Assembly (NCBI GenBank): GCA_043805415.1
Contig: JAZDHZ010000010.1
Span: 1-60,274 of the forward strand
Origin: Candidatus Omnitrophota bacterium
GTDB taxonomy: Bacteria; Omnitrophota; Gorgyraeia; B26-G9
Reading direction: 5' to 3'
DNA length: 60,274 nt
Within the stretch, counting starts at the first letter, position 1. Each line of letters begins with the position of its first letter. Shown in pieces: positions 46,180-53,744 of this stretch. Under the pieces are notes generated by a model, which saw only the letters and a list, made by a program, of their open reading frames with translations, ran no database searches and was not told where the DNA came from. The translations under genes and the position numbers were made by a program.

Positions 46180-46794
46180 TTGGCCATAATTCAGGGAGAC
46201 TTTTATTTAATGGTAAGTTTTGAAGATTCAGATTTTTCAATCGCGATAAGTCACTTGGAGCAGCATGAAATTCGCAGTGAATTTCCGGCCTGGGTGATCC
46301 GGCATCAAAAGGAAGTGTTTTTGTTGTCCTACCGCATGGGACTTAAGCTGGGATTTACTCCTGAGCAGCTGATGGATATTTCTATTGCCGCGCGTTTCCA
46401 TGATATCGGTAAATCAGATATTGACCCGGAAATAATCAATTATCAGGGGCTGCTTAGCGAAAATCAAAGATATATTATATTTGAACATGTGCATCAGTCA
46501 TACCATATTTTAAGAAAAAAAGGCATTGATTCAAAAAATATATTAGACGCGGTTTTTTATCATCATGAGAATTTTGACGGCAGCGGATATCCGGACAGAT
46601 TGAGCGGGCAGGAAATACCCCGGGAAGCGCAGATATTGCGAATCGTGGATTCATACAGCGCGATGCTGGGACAGCGGCCTTATCAAAACTCAGATAATAA
46701 AGATATTCAATGGGCGATATCACAGATAGAGCAAGGCAGCGGAGTTTTATATAATCCCAAGATGGTAAGGGTTTTCCTGGAAATTATTAAATAA
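46180..46794 (+). CDS. HD-GYP domain protein (putative c-di-GMP phosphodiesterase), no receiver domain
   Basis: RFHDIGK, and HHENFDGSGYP (the HD-GYP signature). The start is uncertain: the TTG at 46180 or the ATG at 46210. Confidence 0.8.
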   Translation: MAIIQGDFYLMVSFEDSDFSIAISHLEQHEIRSEFPAWVIRHQKEVFLLSYRMGLKLGFTPEQLMDISIAARFHDIGKSDIDPEIINYQGLLSENQRYIIFEHVHQSYHILRKKGIDSKNILDAVFYHHENFDGSGYPDRLSGQEIPREAQILRIVDSYSAMLGQRPYQNSDNKDIQWAISQIEQGSGVLYNPKMVRVFLEIIK

Positions 46795-46901
46795 AGGGAC
46801 ACAATACTTATTTATTTCAGATCCTATAAAATTCGCGGTTTTAAGCGGAGAAAAATTTTTATAATCTTATAGGGTCCAGGAAATAAGTATTGTGTCCCTT
46901 T
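46793..46901. terminator. Very long hairpin (21-bp perfect stem base) immediately after the HD-GYP stop codon
   Basis: AAAGGGACACAATACTTATTT (46793..46813) pairs perfectly with AAATAAGTATTGTGTCCCTTT (46881..46901). The arms extend imperfectly inward, and a T-rich run follows. Confidence 0.55.
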
Positions 46902-46963
46902 TTCTCACCTTTTTCTCAGTCCCTTTTTCTCCACCATTGATTTTATCTTAAGTTTGTGTTAAG

Positions 46964-47281
46964 GTGATAACACCTGAAACCTTAAAGAGGTGTATTATTG
47001 CCATTAAGAAAAAAGAACCATGGTTTGTTTACATCGTAGAATGCTCTGATAAGACTTTATATATTGGGATGACCAATGATCTAGATAAACGGATCAAAGC
47101 GCATAATACGACAAATGCCAGCAGATACACAAGAGCCAGAAGGCCGGTAAAACTGAAATATTTTGAAAAATCCAAGAACAGATCAGCAGCGTTGAAAAGA
47201 GAAGCAGCATTAAAGAAATATACCCGGGCTGAAAAGCTCGAACTTATAAAGAAATTGGCTTTAGCTGAAGATATAATATAA
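46964..47281 (+). CDS. GIY-YIG nuclease-family protein (UPF0213-like)
   Basis: WFVYIVECSDKTLYIGMTNDLDKRIKAHN and ...AALKREAALKK. 105 aa. Confidence 0.8.
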   Translation: MITPETLKRCIIAIKKKEPWFVYIVECSDKTLYIGMTNDLDKRIKAHNTTNASRYTRARRPVKLKYFEKSKNRSAALKREAALKKYTRAEKLELIKKLALAEDII

Positions 47282-47287
47282 CAGAAA

Positions 47288-47318
47288 GACCTCTCACCTG
47301 AAAATCAGGTTCGAGGTC
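47288..47318. terminator. Symmetric nested hairpin after the GIY-YIG gene
   Basis: GACCTC-tc-ACCTGA-aaa-TCAGGT-tc-GAGGTC. Confidence 0.5.
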
Positions 47319-47342
47319 CAAAAATTTATGACATAAATTTTT

Positions 47343-47431
<89 letters not shown>

Positions 47432-47440
47432 GAAAATAAT

Positions 47441-47470
47441 GCCCCCGGATTTTTCCGGGGGTTTTTTATT
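47441..47470 (+). terminator. Rho-independent terminator after tRNA-Ser
   Basis: CCCCCGGA-tttt-TCCGGGGG followed by TTTTTTATTTT. Confidence 0.85.
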
Positions 47471-47474
47471 TTAT

Positions 47475-47700
47475 GAGAGGCTGGGATGAGAACCCTAAAA
47501 GAGGATTTTAAGGGGAAAGATTGTTTTCCCTTATCGGCGTACGGGGGCTTCTCTGCGGAAGGAAAGGGACAGCGACCGAGGGGAGCGATAGGGGAAAACC
47601 ATAAGGGTTTCCCTCTATGGAGTGAGTGGACCGCAGCGTAAGCGAAGGGGAATGACACGACGGGTTCGGCGAAGCGTAAATCCCTGCGCCTGCGTATTGT
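47475..47700. other. ORF-less GC- and purine-rich block between the tRNA and the island (candidate ncRNA or integration scar)
   Basis: Much more G+C than the surrounding DNA. Two similar hairpins are present (AAGGGGAAA-gattg-TTTTCCCTT at 47510..47532 and AGGGGAAAACC-ataa-GGGTTTCCCT at 47590..47614). Permuted words GCGTAAGCGAAGG / GCGAAGCGTAAAT also occur. Only spurious antisense ORFs cover it. Confidence 0.35.
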
Positions 47701-47849
47701 AAAAGACTCAATACTTGTTAGCACTGTCTATATTTCCAATAACATATATCATCAGTCATAAACAGATATGATCAGTTATCCGCAGATAAGAATTGGTTGT
47801 TTTTTGTGATTTATGTGGTGGGAATGTGGTGGCAGGCTTTAAAATTAAG

Positions 47850-47878
47850 TTGACATGTCGGGATTGTTTGTATATAAT
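47850..47878 (+). promoter_or_regulatory. Consensus sigma70 promoter (TTGACA-17-TATAAT) of the lexA-like gene, with a direct-repeat candidate operator
   Basis: TTGACA at 47850..47855 and TATAAT at 47873..47878. TTTGTATATA occurs twice (47865..47874 and 47878..47887), overlapping the -10. The ATG at 47888 is only about 10 nt downstream, giving a leaderless or near-leaderless mRNA. Confidence 0.6.
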
Positions 47879-47887
47879 TTTGTATAT

Positions 47888-48517
47888 ATGAAATTAGCAA
47901 TAAAACTAACCCAGAAACAGGAAGAGTTTTTTAATATTTTAGCGGATTATATTCGCCGAGAAAAAATTCCTCCTACCAATCGGGAAATTCTAAAAATGAT
48001 GGGATTAAAATCTCCCCGTAGCATCGCCCAGTATTTAGACGCTCTTGAACAAGGTGAATATATAAAACGAGGGAAGGGCGCCAGGAATATTAAAATTCTT
48101 AAGTCTCCATATGATAATAATGGCGCTGGTAAAACAGTTAAAGTCCCTGTGTTAGGGGATGTCTCCTGCGGGACTCCTTTATTGGCTGAGGAAAATATTG
48201 AAACACAAATCTCTGTTTCTGAAAAAATAGCGAAACCGCCATATAAATATTTTATCCTTCGAGTGGTTGGGGATAGCATGAATAAGGCAGGGATAAATGA
48301 GGGTGATTTGGTTTTAGTTCGCCAACAATTGACCGCTAATAATGGAGATATAGTCGTGGCTTTGATCGATGATGAAGCGACCATAAAAAAGTTACGTTTA
48401 CATGAAGAACATATAACACTTGAACCAAATTCAACTAACCCAAAACATTATCCGATAGTTTTAGAGCGGGATTTTGGAATACAGGGTATTGTGGTTAGAT
48501 CTATGTCGGAATTATAA
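47888..48517 (+). CDS. lexA: LexA-like repressor (LexA wHTH + S24 peptidase)
   Basis: LTQKQEEFFNILADYIRREKIPPTNREILKMMGLKSPRSIAQYLDALEQGEYIKR (LexA DNA-binding domain). Cleavage-site region VLGDVSCGTP. Catalytic GDSM and KK(L). Confidence 0.85.
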   Translation: MKLAIKLTQKQEEFFNILADYIRREKIPPTNREILKMMGLKSPRSIAQYLDALEQGEYIKRGKGARNIKILKSPYDNNGAGKTVKVPVLGDVSCGTPLLAEENIETQISVSEKIAKPPYKYFILRVVGDSMNKAGINEGDLVLVRQQLTANNGDIVVALIDDEATIKKLRLHEEHITLEPNSTNPKHYPIVLERDFGIQGIVVRSMSEL

Positions 48518-48607
48518 CCTCAGTGAAAAAAGGCAAAGTAGCACGAAATAATGGATACATTGAAAAGGCGGATAATTACCTTTTTGTTTCCTGATTAGCG
48601 AGAAGTC

Positions 48608-48616
48608 TGATATAAT
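48608..48616 (+). promoter_or_regulatory. Extended -10 element (TGATATAAT) upstream of the methyltransferase gene
   Basis: TGnTATAAT at 48608..48616, 20 nt upstream of the ATG at 48637. There is no good -35. Confidence 0.35.
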
Positions 48617-48636
48617 AAAAACATTTGGGGGTAATT

Positions 48637-49644
48637 ATGAGAGTTAAATCAGCATATAGAGTTGTTTCTCTTTTCTCCGGTTGCGGAGGATTAGATCTGG
48701 GTTTTAGAGGTGGCTTTAAGTCTTTAGGTAAAAATTACTCAAAGCTGAATTACAATCTTGAGTGGGCTAATGATTTTAATCCGGAAGCTTGTTTGACCTT
48801 TCAGAAGTATTTTGGTGATCATATCGTTCATGGTGATATAACTGAAATTCTTAAAGGGATTAAACAAAATTCATTGTTTGATAAACCTTTGCCTGAAAAA
48901 GCGGATATAGTTTTAGGCGGGTTTCCTTGTCAGGATTTTAGTCACGCTGGCAAAAGACTTGGTTTTACCAGTAAGCGTGGCGTTTTATACCTGAGTATGA
49001 TTGAAGTTATAAAAAAAACTAAGCCCTATGTTTTCGTGGCTGAAAATGTTAGAGGCTTACTCACAATAAATAACGGTGAAGCGATAAAGACTATTATCCG
49101 GGATTTTGAGGCTTTAGGATATAATGTTGTTCCTAATTTATATCTGGCGGCGAATTATGGAGTGCCTCAGAGTCGCGAAAGAGTGATTCTTGTGGGAACA
49201 AGAAAAGACGTATTGCCGCCATTTGAGCATCCTCAACCAATTTTAAACAAAAATACCTGGATATCCGTTGAGAAAGCCATAGCTGATTTGGTTAACGAGA
49301 AAGAAGGATCTATTCCTAATCATTTTTGGTCAAAAGCTAAAAAAAATAAAGGGCAAGGGAATAATAATATTGATAAAGATAGACCTGCCCCAACAATGAG
49401 AGCCGAACATCATGGAAATATTGAATGGTTATGGAACGGGCAAAGAAGGTTGTCAGCCCGAGAAGCGGCGCGGATTCAATCATTTCCTGATGATTTTATT
49501 TTTCATCCATCAACTTCAAGCGCTTATAAGCAAATAGGCAACGCTGTTCCTCCCGTGCTTGGTTGGCATGTTGCTAAAGCGATTCAAGCTTTTCTTGATA
49601 AAAATTTACAAAAGGAATTAGAGTATGATTTGTGCTCGTGTTAA
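48637..49644 (+). CDS. DNA (cytosine-5)-methyltransferase
   Basis: Motif I LFSGCGGLDLGF, motif IV GGFPCQDFSHAGK, motif VI ENVRGL, motif VIII QSRERV, motif X GNAVPPVL. The ATG at 48637 follows a GGGGG RBS. Confidence 0.95.
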   Translation: MRVKSAYRVVSLFSGCGGLDLGFRGGFKSLGKNYSKLNYNLEWANDFNPEACLTFQKYFGDHIVHGDITEILKGIKQNSLFDKPLPEKADIVLGGFPCQDFSHAGKRLGFTSKRGVLYLSMIEVIKKTKPYVFVAENVRGLLTINNGEAIKTIIRDFEALGYNVVPNLYLAANYGVPQSRERVILVGTRKDVLPPFEHPQPILNKNTWISVEKAIADLVNEKEGSIPNHFWSKAKKNKGQGNNNIDKDRPAPTMRAEHHGNIEWLWNGQRRLSAREAARIQSFPDDFIFHPSTSSAYKQIGNAVPPVLGWHVAKAIQAFLDKNLQKELEYDLCSC

Positions 49645-50755
49645 TGACGCTCCTGAGGGTGATTTTGTTGAATTATTAAGAAAAACTCGAGATGTTATTT
49701 TTGAACATTTCAAAACAACTCCCGCGGAATTAAAAAAAATAAAAGCGGTTGAGTTTGAAACTTTAGTGTGTAAGAGCGCTGAAAAAGCAGCTAAAGGAAC
49801 TATTTTTGAGGGTAAAATAGAACAAACTGGGATTCACGCTTTTCCTGATATTATCGCTAGAAAATATTATGGAATAGAGGTTAAAACAACTACCGCGGAC
49901 AAATGGGTATCAACCGGCAATAGCGTGCTGGAAAGTACTCGCCAGGATAGCGTTGAAAGAATATATTTATTTTTCGCCAAATTCGGTGGAACTTTCGACG
50001 TGAAATATAGGTTATATCAGGAATGTCTTTATGAGATAGCGGTTACTCATTCCCCAAGGTATCAAATCAATATGGATTTAAGTGAAGGCCAAACTATTTT
50101 TGATAAGCTTGATATCGCTTATGATGAATTACGCTATCTGGAAAAACCAGTAAAACCAATTATTGAATATTACAGAAAATTGACGAAGCCCGGAGAAGAA
50201 ACCTGGTGGATGGAAGGTTCTGATTCGCAGGAAACGACTTTGAAGCCGATTGTTTCAATGTGGAAATATTTAGACGCTGAAACACAGAAAAATATCAGAG
50301 CGGAAGCTATGGCTCTGTTTCCGGAAATATTCAGTAATAAAACGACAAAATTTCAAAGATTACTTCCCTGGCTCGCCGCTAAGCATGGCGTGGTTATCCC
50401 CGCTGTGCGGGATATATTCACGGCTGGCGGGCAAATAAAATATACGATAAAAGGCGTTAATTATAAAAAATTACCCAAAATCTTTCATTATTTAGAAGAA
50501 AATTTTTCCATAGTTTTGGGGTATGTTAAAAAGATGACTCCTTCAGACGTTAAATATTATTGGCAAATCAATGAAGAAGTTGGGCAATACACGATTATTG
50601 ATCAATGGTGCGATTCTGTTATCGAGAACGCTAGTTTAGCGCTTAAGCGTAATAGACAGTTTATTGTGCATCTTTTGGCGGAAAAATTAGGCAAGAAAGG
50701 ATCATCATCTTTAGTAAAAGAAGAAATGAGTAAATATGGATTAGATTTTGACTGA
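49625..50755 (+). CDS. Type II restriction endonuclease candidate (PD-(D/E)XK)
   Basis: FPDIIARKYYGIEVKTT gives PD...E-V-K. It overlaps the methyltransferase gene by 20 nt and abuts vsr. Specificity unknown. Confidence 0.65.
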   Translation: MICARVNDAPEGDFVELLRKTRDVIFEHFKTTPAELKKIKAVEFETLVCKSAEKAAKGTIFEGKIEQTGIHAFPDIIARKYYGIEVKTTTADKWVSTGNSVLESTRQDSVERIYLFFAKFGGTFDVKYRLYQECLYEIAVTHSPRYQINMDLSEGQTIFDKLDIAYDELRYLEKPVKPIIEYYRKLTKPGEETWWMEGSDSQETTLKPIVSMWKYLDAETQKNIRAEAMALFPEIFSNKTTKFQRLLPWLAAKHGVVIPAVRDIFTAGGQIKYTIKGVNYKKLPKIFHYLEENFSIVLGYVKKMTPSDVKYYWQINEEVGQYTIIDQWCDSVIENASLALKRNRQFIVHLLAEKLGKKGSSSLVKEEMSKYGLDFD

Positions 50756-51225
50756 TGAAAAAAAAGATTAAAAACTATTCAGGTCGAAACTTTAAAAAAG
50801 ACAGATCTAATGACAAAATATCAAAGAAGAATCGTTCTTCTTTGATGGCTAAAATCCGCTCAAAAAATACTAAATTCGAAGAAGAATTTATAAACCTACT
50901 TAGAAAATTCACGCGAAAAAAATTCAAAACACACGTTACTGATATTAAGGGAAAACCAGATATAGTGTTTAATAATGCTAAGATCTGCGTTTTCTTAGAT
51001 AGTGATTTCTGGCATGGATGGCAATATCCAAGATGGAAACATTTGCTTAAAAATGATTTCTGGCGTGACAAGATAGAACGTAATCGAAGTAGGGATAAGA
51101 AAAATTCAAAGTTATTGAAAAAAGCGGGGTGGATTGTTATTAGGATTTGGGAGCATAATATTAAAAAAGATGTAAATCCTGTGATTGAAAGAATTATCGA
51201 AAAGATAGATAATAGGGGTGTTTGA
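50755..51225 (+). CDS. vsr: Very short patch repair endonuclease Vsr
   Basis: RSSLMAKIRSKNTKFE, GKPDIVFNNAKICVFLDSDFWHGW, FWRDKIERNRSRD and GWIVIRIWEH. The start shares one base with the upstream stop. Confidence 0.92.
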   Translation: MKKKIKNYSGRNFKKDRSNDKISKKNRSSLMAKIRSKNTKFEEEFINLLRKFTRKKFKTHVTDIKGKPDIVFNNAKICVFLDSDFWHGWQYPRWKHLLKNDFWRDKIERNRSRDKKNSKLLKKAGWIVIRIWEHNIKKDVNPVIERIIEKIDNRGV

Positions 51226-51719
51226 TGTCAGGAATAGGGCATGTGGGTGAAATTGACGTGATAGAATATCTTACAAAACAACACAAAATGGATATATGTT
51301 TACCATTTAAAGATAAGGGCTTAGGTTTTATTGGGCTAAATAATGGTAATCATTTTGAGTTTCAGGTTAAGACATCTAAGTTTCAAAAAGGGAGTTATTT
51401 CTGGTTTGATATTTATAAAAGTAAAATGATTTATTCTGATAAAACCTTCTATGTTTTTGTGTGCTTTACTATGCCTAGAAGACAATTTATGCAGAGCAAG
51501 AGGAATTTCTTTTTAGTTCCATCAATGCAGTTAAAAAAATGGATAGATAGGAAAGAGCTTTCTTCAAAGAAAGGTAACGATAATTGTTTTAATATTTTTC
51601 TTTATCCAAATGAAAAAGAAAAAACGTGGATTTATAAAAACAAAGGGAAATACTTTGATTGGACAAAATATTGGAATAATTTTGAGTGCTTAGAATATGG
51701 GACCTACGATCATAACTAA
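51225..51719 (+). CDS. Small hypothetical protein, possible PD-(D/E)XK (DUF4365/Mrr-like) fold
   Basis: GHVGEIDVIEYLTKQHKMDICLPFKDKGLGFIG...FEFQVKTS resembles the GxxGE...D...(E/Q)xK core. The ATG shares the A of the vsr TGA. Confidence 0.4.
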   Translation: MSGIGHVGEIDVIEYLTKQHKMDICLPFKDKGLGFIGLNNGNHFEFQVKTSKFQKGSYFWFDIYKSKMIYSDKTFYVFVCFTMPRRQFMQSKRNFFLVPSMQLKKWIDRKELSSKKGNDNCFNIFLYPNEKEKTWIYKNKGKYFDWTKYWNNFECLEYGTYDHN

Positions 51720-51736
51720 ACTACAGGAGGTTGAAT

Positions 51737-52735
51737 ATGTTTGAAAGGAATTTAACTAGGCAAACAATCGCATGGTTTTATGACCACATAAAGAGGAATC
51801 AGATGAACCTTCAGCCTCCTTATCAGCGCAAAAGTGTCTGGAGCAGGTCATACAAAAGGTATTTTATCGACACAATTTTACATAACTATTCTTCTCCTCC
51901 CATATTTTTGAATCATATAATAGGTTCGGATGGGGTTGTGAAGTATGAGGTTGTTGACGGAAGACAAAGACTAGAAGCAATAGTTTCTTTTATTGAGGGG
52001 GAAATTCCCGTAACTAGTAATTTTGGAGATGCGACTGTTGACAATAAATACTTTCAAGAATTAACGGATGATGCAAAGAAAAAATTTTGGAATTACCTGA
52101 TGTCTGTGGAAGATTTATCTGATCCGAGCCCAGCAATTATAAAAGAAACTTTTGATCGCCTTAATAGAAATGTTGCTAAGTTAACGTCTCAAGAATTAAG
52201 GCATGCAAGATATTCTGGAACCTTCATTGCCTTAATATCTGCAATAGCAGATGATCCTTTCTGGGAGGACAATGATCTGAGTAGACCCGCAACAATTAGA
52301 AGGATGAAAGATGTTGAGTTTATTTCAGAATTATTTCTCCTTACAATGCATGGTATTCAGAAAACTACTAAGGATGAACTGGATTTTTTCTACTCTGAAT
52401 ATGATGAAGAAATCCCGGAAGAAAAAAAACATAGAAAAGCTTTTAAGTGGATCCAGTCACAGATAGAGGCAATGGGTTTGAATATTTCGGGGACTCGGTT
52501 AAAAAACTACTCAGATTTTTATTCTCTTTGGGCTGCTTTTTTAGCATTATATGGTAGAAGTATAGATTTGATAGAAACTAAAAAAGCATTAACAGATTTC
52601 TTTTCTAAAATAGAAAGCAAAAGTAAATCTAAAGATATGATTAATTACTTAGAAACTGTAAAATCTCAACCTAATGAGGAAAAGAATCGAAGCGCAAGAG
52701 CAGAAATCTTAAAAGTATTGATAAAAACCAAATGA
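51737..52735 (+). CDS. DUF262 (ParB-like/GmrS-like) domain protein without a DUF1524 nuclease half
   Basis: QPPYQRKSVWSRSYKRYFIDTIL, VVDGRQRLEAI (a DGQQR-type motif) and FDRLNRNVAKLTSQELRHARY. AGGAGG sits 6 nt upstream of the ATG at 51737. Confidence 0.8.
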   Translation: MFERNLTRQTIAWFYDHIKRNQMNLQPPYQRKSVWSRSYKRYFIDTILHNYSSPPIFLNHIIGSDGVVKYEVVDGRQRLEAIVSFIEGEIPVTSNFGDATVDNKYFQELTDDAKKKFWNYLMSVEDLSDPSPAIIKETFDRLNRNVAKLTSQELRHARYSGTFIALISAIADDPFWEDNDLSRPATIRRMKDVEFISELFLLTMHGIQKTTKDELDFFYSEYDEEIPEEKKHRKAFKWIQSQIEAMGLNISGTRLKNYSDFYSLWAAFLALYGRSIDLIETKKALTDFFSKIESKSKSKDMINYLETVKSQPNEEKNRSARAEILKVLIKTK

Positions 52736-53679
52736 TAATTTCAAATTCAATCTCAGAACTTTATGAAGGCATTCGTAGGGAATTGGTATTAATGAAACCT
52801 GATATTGATACTATCTTGGGCCCATTGGCGGAACAATTTGATGGTTTTTTTATTAGCCGGATTAAGGGGCTAGAAAGTTTTGCGCAGAAAATTGAAACGG
52901 GGCAGGCTTGGAAACCAAATGAAATTATAGACTTATATGCCGCAACAATAGTTGTGCCCACATTTAAAGAAATGGAAAAAATTGAGGTTTTGTTAAAAAC
53001 AGATTTTAAGGTTTTAAAGACATTTTCTAATAGGAATAAAAAACCTACAGATTTTATTTACGATGATAAACATGTTCATCTGCAATATAAACATCAAGTT
53101 ACTCCTGGGAAAGAATACTTAGCTAAGCGGTTTGAATTGCAAATTAAGACTTTTTTGCAGCATGGATGGGCTAAAGCAACTCATGATATTTTATATAAAG
53201 GAGATCAGTTGGAATGGCCTCGATTTCGAGTTGCTGCGCAAATTAAAGCGATGCTTGAACAGTCGGATCAAATTCTTTTTGCCATAGATAAATCGTCATT
53301 GTTATGTGAAGACAATGGGCTCAATGAATATAAAGATCAGAATGTTTTGATAAAAATCATGAAAGATAAGTGGGATGTTAGCCAATTGCCTTCAAATATT
53401 AGAGGTACAGCTCAAGCCGTCTATGATTTACTGTGCATTAGTAATCAACCTATGGCTAAGTTAGTAGAATTAATTGAACTCGGCTGTCATGCTGATCTGG
53501 TAGACTCAAAGAGTTTAACGCCACACCAAGCGTTCTTAGGTATTCTTATTAGATTAGATGTAGATAGTTTGCGTGAGGGCCTAAAGAGAGCAAACAAAAA
53601 GATATTTATTTCTAATGAGTTAAAAGATTTGTTAGGAATAATCCCTGGGGATATTTTGGCAATGAGCATAAAAGTATAA
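52732..53679 (+). CDS. Divergent RelA/SpoT-homologue (RSH) nucleotidyltransferase-fold protein, toxSAS/CapRel-like
   Basis: SRIKGLESFAQKIE, IIDLYAATIVV and FELQIKTFLQHGWAKATHDILYK (the EhQhrT..qh.WA...H...YK core). It has a C-terminal extension of about 140 aa. The start overlaps the DUF262 stop (ATGA). Confidence 0.65.
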   Translation: MIISNSISELYEGIRRELVLMKPDIDTILGPLAEQFDGFFISRIKGLESFAQKIETGQAWKPNEIIDLYAATIVVPTFKEMEKIEVLLKTDFKVLKTFSNRNKKPTDFIYDDKHVHLQYKHQVTPGKEYLAKRFELQIKTFLQHGWAKATHDILYKGDQLEWPRFRVAAQIKAMLEQSDQILFAIDKSSLLCEDNGLNEYKDQNVLIKIMKDKWDVSQLPSNIRGTAQAVYDLLCISNQPMAKLVELIELGCHADLVDSKSLTPHQAFLGILIRLDVDSLREGLKRANKKIFISNELKDLLGIIPGDILAMSIKV

Positions 53680-53744
53680 ATAAAGGGGACAGGGTGAGCT
53701 AGCCCGGGTTTGCCATTGGATCATAGATAGAGATTGGGGGATTT

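Noticed and set aside
51731-51736. TTG start at 51731 for the DUF262 gene
   Set aside because: The AGGAGG RBS ends at 51730, which leaves no spacer before the TTG. The ATG at 51737 has the normal 6-nt spacing.
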